From the IMG/VR virus record IMGVR_UViG_3300020583_000016: a stretch of DNA of 64,000 nt. One strand, given 5' to 3'. Each line of letters starts with the position of its first letter. Positions within the stretch are counted from its first letter, which is position 1. Under the pieces are notes generated by a model. The model ran no database searches and was not told the DNA's origin. It saw nothing but the letters and a program-made list of their open reading frames with translations. The DNA is from an uncultured virus (IMG/VR IMGVR_UViG_3300020583_000016). Its lineage: Duplodnaviria; Heunggongvirae; Uroviricota; Caudoviricetes. A program made the translations under genes and the position numbers. Positions 34,911-45,913 of the stretch are shown here, piece after piece.

Positions 34911-35747
34911 ATGAGCGCGATCCGCGTATTTCCGGGACGTACGACCATGACGCCAGATGACCCTCTAGCGTTCGTGGGGTTTCCGCCGTTTCCAGAGTTT
35001 CGGCCGGCGGATCCGGAGACACCCGTTTTCGTGAGTGTGGTTTTTAAATGGCTACGTGAGCGTGCGGAACGAATCGCGGAATCCTGGCGCATGTATTACC
35101 GCGACGTTCGGTTGGGTGGTCCTGCCTATGGCGATCTTGGGCAGGAGTTCACACCGGGCATGTTTCTTAAACGCGGCTGCACAATCACAAGCCGCGGATG
35201 TGTGATGCACTGCGGATGGTGTCCTGAGCGTTTCAACCCGCTGCGAGAAATTGAAATCAAACCGGGCTGGATCGTACAGGATTCGAACTTATTGGCCTGT
35301 TCCGAGCGGCACGTTCGGAAAGTTTTCGACATGCTGCGCGAACAGAATCGGGCCATCACATTCAGCGGTGGACTAGACAAGCGATTTCTGCGCGATTGGC
35401 ATCGTCCTCTGTTCGATTCCATCAAACTGCACGAACTGTGGTTCGCATGCGATCAAACGAACGAACTTCCTCTGCTAGAGCGGGCTGCGAAGATTCTCGA
35501 TGGAATTCCCATGAAGAAACTTCGCTGCTACACGATGATTGGTTGGGATCCGGCCGAAGATCTGCGCACTGCTGAGTGGAGACAGGAACGAGTTTTCGAG
35601 TTGGGATTCATTCCGTTCTGCCAACTCTATCAACCGGATGAGGGTGTGAAGATCTATCCGGAAGAGTGGCGCAACGTGAGCCGAAGATGGAAAAGGCCGG
35701 CCGCGATGCCCTGGAGTGATAAAACGGGTGTGCCGAAATCCCTGTGA
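34911..35747 (+). CDS. Radical-SAM-like protein (copy 2-specific)
   Basis: TSRGCVMHCGWC (CxxxCxxC), DSNLLA, FSGGLD; ends KTGVPKSL. Confidence 0.8.
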   Translation: MSAIRVFPGRTTMTPDDPLAFVGFPPFPEFRPADPETPVFVSVVFKWLRERAERIAESWRMYYRDVRLGGPAYGDLGQEFTPGMFLKRGCTITSRGCVMHCGWCPERFNPLREIEIKPGWIVQDSNLLACSERHVRKVFDMLREQNRAITFSGGLDKRFLRDWHRPLFDSIKLHELWFACDQTNELPLLERAAKILDGIPMKKLRCYTMIGWDPAEDLRTAEWRQERVFELGFIPFCQLYQPDEGVKIYPEEWRNVSRRWKRPAAMPWSDKTGVPKSL

Positions 35748-35826
35748 ATAAACAGGAACCGGGGCATTGAAAACAAAGGCCTGAGAAATAGGGGTTTGGG
35801 TGTGCCAGAATCAGATGTTTTCGGCA
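35720..35826. promoter_or_regulatory. Candidate res/recombination site, second copy
   Basis: Near-identical to 2041-2146. Confidence 0.55.
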
Positions 35827-36382
35827 TAGGCAAAAAGGGGTGAGCCGGATGGAATGGCCGCATGGATGGACACACGCGATCTGCATCGAGTGTTGGAAAA
35901 AGCAACATCCGGGGGAAAGCGCGCACGTTGTTCTCTCGATGGAGTCTGAGTTGTGTTGCTTCTGCGCCGAAAAGACGTATGCAGGTATTTACGTCCACCA
36001 GGATCCGACCTCATCACTTCTCAAGTGCTCGAACTATGCCGCATTTGCGCATTCCCCGGTGTAATGACTTTTGTCAGACGGTACCGCGGCGAGATTTTGC
36101 TTTTCCTGCTCACCTTGGCAGTGTGCGAATTGCTTGTGAGGTTCGTCTCGTGATCTACGTTTGCGTTTACGATTCAGTGACTCCGCGCACCGTGAAGATC
36201 GAAGCGGATCGCATGCGGCGTATGGTCGATGGTTCGGAATGGCACTTCTACCGGCGAACTAAGAATCTGATATTTCATCGGTGGGTGATGGTGGGCAAGG
36301 TCGAGAATTCCGCGTTCCTTTCTATCCACAACGAAAGCGGCGAACTCGATCGAGATTTCTTAAAACAGGCCGGGGTGAGGAT

Positions 36383-37429
36383 GTGAGCACCGTTCGACTC
36401 GGTTACGAAGTCGGATCCGGCACACCGATTGAGATCCCGATCGGACACCTGGCGATCACCGGGCAGAGTCAGGCGAGCGGGAAAACCACCACACTCGAGG
36501 GCCTGGTGTCACGCACCAAACGGCAAGCGATCGCGTTTGTCACCAAACGCGGGGAAGGTTCATTTCGTGTCGCATCTCCGATTGCGCCATATTTTCGTGA
36601 TCGTACGGATTGGCCGTTTATCTCGTCTTTGCTTGAGGCCATCGTTTCTGAAAAGCTCAAGTTCCAACGTGCCGAAATTATCAAGATCTGCCAAGACTAT
36701 CGGGGTCCCGAGGGCGCCTGGTCTGCTCCAAAGACTTTGGCCGATGTACAGAAAAATGCAGAAACGGCGCTGATTAAAGCGCGCGGGATTGCCAGCCGGG
36801 TCTATACGGAGCTCTTCGAGTACTTGCGCATGCTGGTTCCGCAGATTGAAAAGCTTCCCTACTCATCTGAGCTCGAACTCCACGCGGGCCTGAACGTGAT
36901 GGATCTCACCGACTACGATTTCCCTTTGCAAGCACTGGTTGTGCGGTCGGTGATTGAGTGGGTGCACCACCATGCGAAAAACACCATTATCGTGATTCCT
37001 GAAGCGTGGAAGTTTGCCCCGAAGCAAAGGAATTCCCCGGTGCGGTTCGCGGCCGAAGAGTTGATCCGCCAGGGCGCGGCGCTACAGAATTTTCTGTGGT
37101 GCGATTCTCAGGATCTCGCCGGCGTCTCCGCGGTACTGTTGCGCCAGGTCACGGTATGGCTTTTCGGAGTGCAACGGGATATGCGGGAAATCGAGCGCAC
37201 GCTAGAACACATTCCCGCGGACATGATGAGGCCGACTCGGGCCGATATCGCGCGCCTGGGTGTTGGGGAATTCATTGTTGCCTTTCAAAACGAGTTGCGA
37301 TTGGTCTATGTGCAACCGGCATGGATGACCGGAGTACACGCGCAAGCTATCGCGATGGGGGAAGAATCGGTAGAATCGGCGCGGGAAATCGTGCGGGATT
37401 TTGATCTCGAGCATGCGGGGGATGAATGA
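36383..37429 (+). CDS. HerA/FtsK-superfamily ATPase
   Basis: Homologue of 2797..3843. Confidence 0.8.
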   Translation: MSTVRLGYEVGSGTPIEIPIGHLAITGQSQASGKTTTLEGLVSRTKRQAIAFVTKRGEGSFRVASPIAPYFRDRTDWPFISSLLEAIVSEKLKFQRAEIIKICQDYRGPEGAWSAPKTLADVQKNAETALIKARGIASRVYTELFEYLRMLVPQIEKLPYSSELELHAGLNVMDLTDYDFPLQALVVRSVIEWVHHHAKNTIIVIPEAWKFAPKQRNSPVRFAAEELIRQGAALQNFLWCDSQDLAGVSAVLLRQVTVWLFGVQRDMREIERTLEHIPADMMRPTRADIARLGVGEFIVAFQNELRLVYVQPAWMTGVHAQAIAMGEESVESAREIVRDFDLEHAGDE

Positions 37430-38013
37430 ACTGGATCAAGCGCAACTGGCGTCAATGTGTAATCCGCCTGTCGTCTTGGGCAATGGCAAGTCTTTTGGGA
37501 TTTAGCTTCGGTCACTTGCTACTGACTGCTCACGCCCAGAAGCCCGAATGTGATGCAACGGCGTTTGATGGAATGGCCCAAATGACGGGACCGAATAGCA
37601 GTATTCAGTACAAGTGCTCCCCGGAAGGCAAGTGGGTGGTGGATGAGGAAGCGACAGCGAAGGCAAACGCTCACGACCAAAAACCCGAGCCTGTTACTTC
37701 TCCCACCATTTCGTTCAGCGGCGCCGGAACTGCTGAAACTGGAGCCTACCAAGCAAGCGCACATGCAATCTATTTGGTCAAAGGCGGCACGAAAATCGCT
37801 GAGTTTGACGCTAAGGGCAATCTGTCCATAACCGATTCGGCCTTTTGGCAGATGATCGAATCCCACTGCGTTGCCGTCCTCACCGAGAAGCATACGGTTC
37901 ACCATAAGCGAACGATTAGCGGCGGAGAGATTCCCGACGACCGCATGGAATGGGACGAAGAAATTCCCGAGCAGACCTTGCGCCTGAAGTGCTCGGAGGA
38001 AAAGGCGAAATGA
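37426..38013 (+). CDS. Exported/membrane hypothetical protein
   Basis: N-terminal hydrophobic segment ending AHA|Q. Confidence 0.7.
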   Translation: MNWIKRNWRQCVIRLSSWAMASLLGFSFGHLLLTAHAQKPECDATAFDGMAQMTGPNSSIQYKCSPEGKWVVDEEATAKANAHDQKPEPVTSPTISFSGAGTAETGAYQASAHAIYLVKGGTKIAEFDAKGNLSITDSAFWQMIESHCVAVLTEKHTVHHKRTISGGEIPDDRMEWDEEIPEQTLRLKCSEEKAK

Positions 38014-38234
38014 GTGCAAACCAACCGCCGGCACCATTGCCACGTTGCCCGCACTGCGGTGAGGATCTCGCCGGCATGGGCCTTTTCATGTGGCAGATTC
38101 AAGGCTGGCTCATTGTTTCCGCGTACTGCCCTAATCTTGAGTGCCGGTCGGTGCTGCAAACTCAAATGCTCCCCTTGCCGGGTGAAAAACCGCTGATCGA
38201 TGCGGATTCGCAACGAGTCGTGATTCCGAGTTGA
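38010..38234 (+). CDS. Zn-ribbon small protein
   Basis: Homologue of 4010..4234. Confidence 0.7.
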   Translation: MSANQPPAPLPRCPHCGEDLAGMGLFMWQIQGWLIVSAYCPNLECRSVLQTQMLPLPGEKPLIDADSQRVVIPS

Positions 38235-38269
38235 TCTGCTAAAATTTCCGCCTCTTCGAGGGTAGCTAT

Positions 38270-38482
38270 ATGAATTGGCTTTGTCGTTTGGTCGGTCATC
38301 GCTGGTCGAAAGAGGGGCTCACCTACATTATGAGTTACGACCGCGTTCAAGTTTGCAAGCGCTGTGGATGGGGACGGCGAACGGATCTGAATGGCGCGGC
38401 ATTCTGCTATCTCTCTCCCGAGGAAGTTCAGCGTTACCGCGATCTAGGGACTGCGGCGCCGCGAGTCTCGCATGCATCCTAA
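38270..38482 (+). CDS. DUF1660-like small prophage protein
   Basis: WLCRLVGHRW...CKRCG; followed by a similar ORF at 38472..38678. Confidence 0.55.
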   Translation: MNWLCRLVGHRWSKEGLTYIMSYDRVQVCKRCGWGRRTDLNGAAFCYLSPEEVQRYRDLGTAAPRVSHAS

Positions 38483-38674
38483 ACGCTGTTTCTTTCACCG
38501 ATGGCGCCGAGAGACGCTGTTCTGCTCGAGAACTCGGATTGAATTCGACATATGCGCCCGTTGCGGTTGGGGACGGCAGTTCGCCATTCATCGAATCTGG
38601 CGCTGGAATGTTCGGTTCGGTCATTGGCTGATCGGGCCTGCATCGGTCGAGTACTTGCGCAGCTTTGTGCAGTC

Positions 38675-39508
38675 CTAGTTCTTCGCGCAATAAATCACTT
38701 TCACGTATGGCGGGGTTGGGTCGAATGCAGATCCGGCAAAGGTGTGAGTGTGGGTGGGCATCGCCGAGCCGGTGAAAGTCTGAGCCGGTACCGTTTCCTG
38801 AGTGCCGGTGAATGTTTCCGCGGGCACCGTTCCGGGGGAGCCGGTGAAGGTTTCGGCCGGTACCGTCCCTTGTGAGCCGGTGAACACTTCCGCGGGCACG
38901 GTGTGGGTGTGGGTTGCCATTGCTGAGCCTGTGAACGTCTCTGCTGGCACGGTGAAGCTAGAACCCGCTGCGGTGCCTCCGATGGCTGTAAACGCTCCTG
39001 TGCTCGATCCTGCCTTACTTCCTGAAGTGGTCGCAACCGTCGCCGTGCCATTTGTCCCTGTGGGGGTCCCTGCAGAAGTGGCGCCAGTCGTCGCGGTGCC
39101 GTTTGTTCCGGCCGGTGTGAAGCTGGTCGATGAGTTGGTGCCGGCTGGGGTGAATGCAGCAGTCGAGTTGGTTCCGGCCGGTGTAAAGGTGGCGCTCCCG
39201 TTGGTTCCCGCTGGTGTGCCGGCTGACGTTGCAGAAACCGTGCCGGCGGGGGTGATTGAACTCTGGCCGCCAGTCCCGCCAACGTCCGCGTTTGCGGCAA
39301 TCGTTCCCCTGGCGAGTTTTCCGTTCAAGGCTGCAATTTCGGTGAACCCGGCGGGGCAGGATCCGGAAACGAGTAGGATCACCATTCCGGATGTGATGTG
39401 CTGGCCGGCGTCGACCCCGATTCCCTGATTCTGTAACCACGTCGTTGTGGGCACACTCGCTTGGAAGGTTGCGAGAAAGACGAAAGCGGCGAGAAGAGTG
39501 TTACGCAT
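38675..39508 (-). CDS. Repeat-containing fibre-like protein with signal-like N-terminus
   Basis: 11-aa TPAGTN repeats and 12-aa VPAETFTG repeats; CPAGF and PPYVKVIYC collar-like motifs. Confidence 0.75.
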   Translation of the reverse strand: MRNTLLAAFVFLATFQASVPTTTWLQNQGIGVDAGQHITSGMVILLVSGSCPAGFTEIAALNGKLARGTIAANADVGGTGGQSSITPAGTVSATSAGTPAGTNGSATFTPAGTNSTAAFTPAGTNSSTSFTPAGTNGTATTGATSAGTPTGTNGTATVATTSGSKAGSSTGAFTAIGGTAAGSSFTVPAETFTGSAMATHTHTVPAEVFTGSQGTVPAETFTGSPGTVPAETFTGTQETVPAQTFTGSAMPTHTHTFAGSAFDPTPPYVKVIYCAKN

Positions 39509-39518
39509 TTTCAGGTTC

Positions 39519-42500
39519 TCATTGATTCACAATCCAGTAATCGAAGCATGCCGGGTTCGCGGTGATCGTTGGCATGTTGATCGTAAAACTCACACCGGCC
39601 GATTGCGAAGCAACCGGGATGGCCGGTATCACCGTCGGGGAAGTGTTACAGGTCACACCGAGCCGGGTGTTTTCTTTCGTCGTTTCCTGCACGATGATTT
39701 CGGAATTGGCACCGACCGCGGTGGCGTTCACCTGACAGGTGCCGGCCGAGCTTGCAACGTCACACGCAAAGGCGCCAGCGGACGCGGATCCGCACGCCAC
39801 GATTGAAGGATTTGCTGCGGTGCCGATGGCTGCGCAATTCGTTGTTGTCTTATAAGTCGCAGAGGTTGCTGCCGTGAATTTCCCCGTGGTCGGTGTGGTT
39901 GCTCCTATCGTTCCTTCAAAGTCGGTAGCCGTGATCGGCCCGGGAGCATTTGAGGAACCATCGTAGTTCCATGTCCAGAGGACGGAGCATAGCCAAGGGG
40001 CTAGGATTCCGCTGCACGTTCCAGCCGAGTTGTTGACTAGAAATTGATATCCCTTTTTGGTTCCGGCGCCAGAATTCGAGTAGCTGCCCCAATAGGTATC
40101 CGCATATGCCGTACCGCCCCCCGTGATTCCACTCCACCAATGATCCACGCTCGTCCCCTTGTTATTTGGCTGCGCCAGAGGAATTTCCGTGATTCCGGTG
40201 CGGGGGTTTTTATAGCGGCGGTATGGGGGGCCGCCGACGGTATTCGCTCCCGATCCAGGCTGTGCAGTAGTTCCTGCGGTGATCCCGTTGAACGCCCAGA
40301 CCTGAGCATTGTCCGGATCACCACCGCCACCGTTCCAGTCTGCCCGCGTCACCTGCATGCGATCGATGATGGGTTCGCCTGATTGAAACGTGACTTGCAG
40401 ACCTGGGAAGAAAGAGTTATAGACCGAATTCAAGCCGGTGATCTTCGTCGTATCCGCAGTCCATGTGACGCTGCCGTTTGTGGTCATCGTTCCCCACGCT
40501 GGTTCTATGATGTACGTCGAAGATGTGTCAGGATTGGTAATCGTTACATAGTCAGGGAAATCGGTCTGCCAGCCCCCTGAGCAATTGATGACCGTGGCCG
40601 TGTTCGACGTGATCGTGCAGTACTGATATTGCCCTGTCCCACCGAGGATGCTGAGGTAGTATCCATTCCATGCGTTACTGGAAAGATTTGATGCCGCTAC
40701 CGGAGCCGCAGTCGGCGTAAAGGCGCAACTGGAAGTCCCTCCATTCCATACCCCGGAAGAGTTCGGAGAGCCGGTTGCTGGAGTGATCTGCATTGGCGAC
40801 GTGCCGGTTACGCTGTTAAACAAAGTTGCGGTCGAACCGGTTCCTGCTTGAGTCATCGTCTCGCCGCGCAAACAGGTGTTGTTCGGGAAGGCGCTGGTAA
40901 CGGAACCAGTGACCAATTGATTAGTGTTGGTGATTGATGTGGAAGTGCCGCTCGTGGCGTAGAAGGGAAGAAGCTGCGTGCCTATACCGGTCCATGTTCC
41001 ACTAACTGTGACTGTGTAATAGACGCCATGCCCACCTGTGGCTGAGCCCTGAATCTCGGTACTCACTAGAGGCGTTGCGCCCGCAGGAAGAACGAAAGCT
41101 TGGTCAGACGTAAAACTGTTACGCACGGTATAAGGACCGTTTCCGCCAAGCATGGCCTTTGACTCGGAACGCACGTCATCAAGGATCACACCTTCGCCGG
41201 CAGCGCCCACTTGGCCACAGATGTCGTAGCCAGTTTGGATTCCTTCGTTGGTCGAAGCGCCAAATCCATCCTCGAAACTCGTGCTGTCGAAGTGAATTTG
41301 CCCACCGCCAAAGTTCTCGAATCCGTAGGCAGGATTGTGCTGGAAGTCTCCATTAAAGATGTTGATAGAAATGGCGTTGGTAGCTAGGGTCGCGGCCACG
41401 CAACCTGATCCGCTGCCAACCATATATCCGGCTTCGGTGAAGTTCGCGAAAGCGTTGTTGTAGTGGTTTATGTTTGAGTACTGGCCGCCACCGCCCACCG
41501 CTGAGCCACGCAAACCGATAGCTGCAATATTGTTACCATTGAACGTATCGCGGTTAAAGTCGATGAACTGGGGAACTAGATCGCTTCCACCAGGGCAGGT
41601 AAAGTTCAGATCAACGAGGGGATGACTTAAATCCTGTGAAGCATTCGTCTGAAAAATCATGTCATCCAGCGTCCAATATGTTCCCGCGCAAGTGGTCGTT
41701 AGAGCACTTGTATTAGTCGCTGTCTGGTTGAGGCCACAGGCGAAGCGTTGCGAACACGTCCACTTCGCCCCGTTCATGTGCTGCGGTGTGATCGTCCCAT
41801 TGATGTTATAGAGAGCCGAGAAGTGAAGTTCACGGTTATACTGATTGGCTTGGGAACCGTTGTTCCGATTCGTTCCGAAAGCTGCATTCACCGCTGCCTG
41901 GATTGCCGATGTGTTCGTCGTAGCTGTGCAGGTTCCGCAGGCTCCCCACCACTCGGGGAATACTTTGTCGATTACGGTGTTACCGGTGAGATCGATGGAA
42001 CCTTGACCGACGAAGGCATTTGCAAAAATCGTCTTGGCGGGTGCATCGATTGGTCCCTGGATGTTGATGACCGCCGATGAGGGAATAATCGACATGGCCG
42101 TGTAGCTCCATGGCGAGCCGCTTCCGCCCTCCAAGGGGTCTACAGGTATAGTCTGGGTTGGATTTTGGTTTCCTCCAGGAGAGACTAACTTATAAGTGGC
42201 GCACATATTGAAGCCCCAACCCGTAGTAGGCTGGCTTCCGCCGCTCATAAATCCGGCTGAACCGGCCGGCTGCGTGTATCCACTCCCCGGAGTGCAAGAG
42301 GCTTGATTCAGGAATTGCTGGCCGCCAAAGCCGATCACCAACGATCCGGTAGATGTCGGCAATGAAGTTGCGGAACCGTATTGCCCAAGCGATGACATGA
42401 CGGTCGTGCCTGCGCCTGTTTCTGCACCCGAACTTGATGATTCAGAGGCGATCACGATACCCATGCCGCTGATTTCCCATGCGATACAACCGTTGGCCAC

Positions 42501-43607
42501 GCTCTTGGGTGCACCCAAATTATCCGTGTACTGAACCGTCATTGTGACGGGCCCACCGCTGATGTTAGATCTTCCCCACGCACTATTGACCGCAGGAAGA
42601 TTGAACCCCTGTTGCGTCAGTTGTCCGTAGAACCCACCCTGTGTGTCAGTCACGGCACCAAATGGGATAGTTGATCCGGTGAAGCGGTGCGATTCCATAA
42701 AGATGATGGAGTTTGTCGCAGTGGTCCCCGTGAGCGTTACTGAGCAGGAAGACGTGAGCGTATTGACGTTGGAATTGCCATTGCCTTGCACGAAGGCTGC
42801 CCCGCCCAAAGGGGTCGAGGTAGAGATTGGTTTCAGCGCGCCCTGCTGCTGCATCCGAACTGTAATATTCTTGCCGAAATTCACAGATTCGAGCGAAGTG
42901 GGGCCGGTAAAAAGAACGTCAGCATTTGCGCTTGTACCAATTGTGTTTAAGACGTTGGCCACGCAACCCGTATCGTCAGTAACGCCATTCTGCACACAGC
43001 CATAATCCCGAACGTCGTAGAGAGGTTTTAGCTGGAAGCTTGGAAGTGCAGAGATACCCTCAGAAACGAATTGTGAACCGGCTGCGACGTTGGGGATTGC
43101 GGAACAGTTTGTGCCGTTGTTGTATTGGACCTGGTTCGCGGATCCGCCAGGGCACACACCACCACCGTTAATCGGGACCGTGAGTGCCAGGGCAACCGCG
43201 TTGAGATTCGAGGAGATATTCTGAGAAGCGCCGGTGATCGTAATCGGTGCTGCCAGTGAGAAGCATTGCGGACCGGTTCCGATTGCCGGTTGCACCGTGC
43301 CAGTTGCCGAACACACGGTGAAATTCCATTTTGTTCCGGCCGGCAGAAGTACCGCGTTGTCTGCAACGTTGAAAGAAAACGAACCGTTCTTATCGAGGCC
43401 GACCGCTTGCGATGGTGGTGAATAGGGGTTGCCGTTGAGTGTGGGAGAGCCGGCGCCGGAAGGAATCACGAGTAGCGGTGTGATCGTTCCTAATGCATAG
43501 GGAACGCTGTGCGGATCGATCACCGTGCCGTTTACCGCGGTGAACTGCGCAAAGGCCTGAGTTAAGAAGATGGTCAGAAAGGCTGCGGTCTTTACCAGTC
43601 GTGCCAT
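39519..43607 (-). CDS. Large spike / receptor-binding protein with signal peptide
   Basis: MARLVKTAAFLTIFLTQAFA|QF; YDVRDYGCVQNGVTDDT pectate-lyase-3-like start; PEWWGA. Confidence 0.75.
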   Translation of the reverse strand: MARLVKTAAFLTIFLTQAFAQFTAVNGTVIDPHSVPYALGTITPLLVIPSGAGSPTLNGNPYSPPSQAVGLDKNGSFSFNVADNAVLLPAGTKWNFTVCSATGTVQPAIGTGPQCFSLAAPITITGASQNISSNLNAVALALTVPINGGGVCPGGSANQVQYNNGTNCSAIPNVAAGSQFVSEGISALPSFQLKPLYDVRDYGCVQNGVTDDTGCVANVLNTIGTSANADVLFTGPTSLESVNFGKNITVRMQQQGALKPISTSTPLGGAAFVQGNGNSNVNTLTSSCSVTLTGTTATNSIIFMESHRFTGSTIPFGAVTDTQGGFYGQLTQQGFNLPAVNSAWGRSNISGGPVTMTVQYTDNLGAPKSVANGCIAWEISGMGIVIASESSSSGAETGAGTTVMSSLGQYGSATSLPTSTGSLVIGFGGQQFLNQASCTPGSGYTQPAGSAGFMSGGSQPTTGWGFNMCATYKLVSPGGNQNPTQTIPVDPLEGGSGSPWSYTAMSIIPSSAVINIQGPIDAPAKTIFANAFVGQGSIDLTGNTVIDKVFPEWWGACGTCTATTNTSAIQAAVNAAFGTNRNNGSQANQYNRELHFSALYNINGTITPQHMNGAKWTCSQRFACGLNQTATNTSALTTTCAGTYWTLDDMIFQTNASQDLSHPLVDLNFTCPGGSDLVPQFIDFNRDTFNGNNIAAIGLRGSAVGGGGQYSNINHYNNAFANFTEAGYMVGSGSGCVAATLATNAISINIFNGDFQHNPAYGFENFGGGQIHFDSTSFEDGFGASTNEGIQTGYDICGQVGAAGEGVILDDVRSESKAMLGGNGPYTVRNSFTSDQAFVLPAGATPLVSTEIQGSATGGHGVYYTVTVSGTWTGIGTQLLPFYATSGTSTSITNTNQLVTGSVTSAFPNNTCLRGETMTQAGTGSTATLFNSVTGTSPMQITPATGSPNSSGVWNGGTSSCAFTPTAAPVAASNLSSNAWNGYYLSILGGTGQYQYCTITSNTATVINCSGGWQTDFPDYVTITNPDTSSTYIIEPAWGTMTTNGSVTWTADTTKITGLNSVYNSFFPGLQVTFQSGEPIIDRMQVTRADWNGGGGDPDNAQVWAFNGITAGTTAQPGSGANTVGGPPYRRYKNPRTGITEIPLAQPNNKGTSVDHWWSGITGGGTAYADTYWGSYSNSGAGTKKGYQFLVNNSAGTCSGILAPWLCSVLWTWNYDGSSNAPGPITATDFEGTIGATTPTTGKFTAATSATYKTTTNCAAIGTAANPSIVACGSASAGAFACDVASSAGTCQVNATAVGANSEIIVQETTKENTRLGVTCNTSPTVIPAIPVASQSAGVSFTINMPTITANPACFDYWIVNQ

Positions 43608-44953
43608 TAGTTCGGATTTCCAATGCAGACGTAAGCGATCGCATCCGATCCCGTTCCTGCTACGGTCAAAGTTGTGGTTGAGGTTGAGCACTGCACGGCT
43701 GCTGCGGAGGTCTGATCCGTGCACACACATACCGGGGCTGCCGTGTAAGCGGTGGTGAAACTGTGGGTGCCGGCGCCGGTCGAAAGTGTGACCACACCAG
43801 CAATGTCGTTATTCGCGGCCTGAGGCTGAATATGTTGCCCCTTGCCCCCGTTGAATCCTAGGACTCCTGAACCCTCAATAAACAACCCCGTGCTGGCTGC
43901 GGTAGTGACACGCGTTCCATTGGCGCAAAGATCAAGCGAATTTCCGCCGAAAGTCTCGATTCCGGTATTAATGGACGCGGTAAGGAATAGCCCATTCGTC
44001 GGCGCAGAGCATGTGCCCGTTGCGAGCCCACTAGATTTATAGAGTGGGGTCGAAATTCCGCTCGTGCCTGTGTAGGTGAGCGTATTCGCCGTGGTCGCGC
44101 CGTCATCGAGTGCAGCATCCGAGGTGGGAGTGGTGCCGGCACCACCACCGAGAACGACATGCTTTGAGGCTAGGGCACCCGATGAACTGATCACGGTGCC
44201 AGAAGAGAAGTAGGGCACGCCTCCCGATGTTCCTGCTATCGCGGTGTCAATGGTTCCGGAAGTGGTGACTGGCGATCCGGTGATCGTGAAAATGCCCGAC
44301 GTCGCACCGCTATTGATGGTTTGGCCGATCGAGGTCACCGTGCCACTGCCCGCGGCGCCGCCATCTTTGAGCGTCACACCGTCGGTGCCGGAAAATTCTG
44401 CCACGTGGTTCGCGGTTGATGCGCCTGGGCCGATCGCGCACGTCGCGCACCCGATTGTTCCGCTCGCGGTGATTGGGCCGCCGGTGATCGGTGTCGTGGT
44501 CGCAATGGATGTGACCGTGCCGGTACCGGGAGTATTCGAGAGTGCAAGAGCAACTGCGGTAATGCTCGCGGTGATGTCCTGAGAAGATCCCGAGATCGTT
44601 TGCGCGGGCACGGTGAAGCACACCGGGCCTTTTCCGCCGGCCGGTCGAATCGATCCGCCGGCAGAACAAATGAGAAACGTCCATTGCGTTCCGCCAGGAA
44701 GCAGGACGGTGTTATCGCCAAGCCGCATGGTGAACTTTCCACTCAGGTCGAGGCCAACGGGTTGCGTCGGTGGTGTGTATCCACCGCCGTTTAACGTGGG
44801 TGAGGTTCCACCTGGTAGCACTAGGCCGGCACTGATCGTGCCATTCGCATAGGCGAGCCCGTTCGGATCGGTGACAGTGCCGGTCACGGTAGTGAACTGC
44901 GCAAACGAAAGCGCCGGCACAAACAAGAGTGCGAAAAGTCTGAGTAGTTTCAT
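43607..44953 (-). CDS. Fibre/spike protein with signal peptide
   Basis: N-terminal ~150 aa homologous to 9474..10847; different C-terminus. Confidence 0.7.
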   Translation of the reverse strand: MKLLRLFALLFVPALSFAQFTTVTGTVTDPNGLAYANGTISAGLVLPGGTSPTLNGGGYTPPTQPVGLDLSGKFTMRLGDNTVLLPGGTQWTFLICSAGGSIRPAGGKGPVCFTVPAQTISGSSQDITASITAVALALSNTPGTGTVTSIATTTPITGGPITASGTIGCATCAIGPGASTANHVAEFSGTDGVTLKDGGAAGSGTVTSIGQTINSGATSGIFTITGSPVTTSGTIDTAIAGTSGGVPYFSSGTVISSSGALASKHVVLGGGAGTTPTSDAALDDGATTANTLTYTGTSGISTPLYKSSGLATGTCSAPTNGLFLTASINTGIETFGGNSLDLCANGTRVTTAASTGLFIEGSGVLGFNGGKGQHIQPQAANNDIAGVVTLSTGAGTHSFTTAYTAAPVCVCTDQTSAAAVQCSTSTTTLTVAGTGSDAIAYVCIGNPN

Positions 44954-45137
44954 CGACTCACCCGTGACTTCAAATGTTCTTCCAGTTTCCTGATTTGCTT
45001 CCGTCCTTTTTCAGCAAGCTTTCCCCGTTTCGCTTCGCTCGCTTCTGTTTCCATGAGCTCGTAGAAACCGAGGATCGATTGCACATACTGATTCACCACG
45101 TGTAAAAGGGCCGGCGAGATAGACTCGTTATCCGTTT

Positions 45138-45674
45138 TCATTCCCACAGCCACAGATAAGCAACTAAGCCGATGGCTGCCAGCGCCGCGATCGTGCCGAT
45201 GGATACTCCGCTCGAGGGCGCAAGACTGGCAACATTGATGCCAGTTGTCGGATCGGTCGCATCGGTGAGCCCTGGCGGTACCGGCACACCGGCCGGCGGA
45301 TCCGCGGCGAGTTGGCCGAGAGTCGTCGACATATCCGTGCCCAGTGCACTCGCCACGTAAGCGGCATAGGTGTATGCGTTGCCCTGGCTGTCCGCGGTCG
45401 GTGTGCTTTGCCCGAGATAGTGCGCGGTGATATCTAAAATGGTGTCGTTCGGGTAATCGGAAACGTACTTCGCGAGTTGACTGTAAAGGGCCTGAAACCC
45501 GGTTGCCGGATCGGGGAAGATCGCAAAGCCGGATGCGTCTTTTCCGATCGCTCCTGCTTGTCCTGCATACTTCAGATTGCCGGGATTGTTGTTTCGGCTG
45601 GCAACCGTGCCTGGTGCCGTGCCTTCAAACTGCGCAATCGCGTTTGCCCAAGTCGGAATGAAATCGAGGTTCAT
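45138..45674 (-). CDS. Membrane-anchored NNPGN lysozyme-like protein
   Basis: Homologue of 11033..11560. Confidence 0.65.
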   Translation of the reverse strand: MNLDFIPTWANAIAQFEGTAPGTVASRNNNPGNLKYAGQAGAIGKDASGFAIFPDPATGFQALYSQLAKYVSDYPNDTILDITAHYLGQSTPTADSQGNAYTYAAYVASALGTDMSTTLGQLAADPPAGVPVPPGLTDATDPTTGINVASLAPSSGVSIGTIAALAAIGLVAYLWLWE

Positions 45675-45913
45675 GCAATTTCTGAATCCTCATCTACTTC
45701 GACTTCCGGCAATTCGTCCTCGTCGATCTCTTCCAGTTCCTCGATCACCCGGTGTTCTTTTTCCGCCGACCGGAAGTAATCACACGATGCCAGGTGTTCT
45801 CGCTTATACGTCTCGACTTCCTGTTCGGTTGTTCCCCAGAAAATGTGCGTGACTTTGATCGTGTCATCCCCGGCGTCAATGATGTCGATCTCGAGTTTGT
45901 AAGCACACATCAC
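45671..45913 (-). CDS. Small acidic protein
   Basis: Homologue of 11557..11793. Confidence 0.75.
   Translation of the reverse strand: MMCAYKLEIDIIDAGDDTIKVTHIFWGTTEQEVETYKREHLASCDYFRSAEKEHRVIEELEEIDEDELPEVEVDEDSEIA

Noticed and set aside
38760..39250. 33-36 bp tandem repeats as a DNA-level repeat element
   Set aside because: They are degenerate at third codon positions and encode protein repeats.
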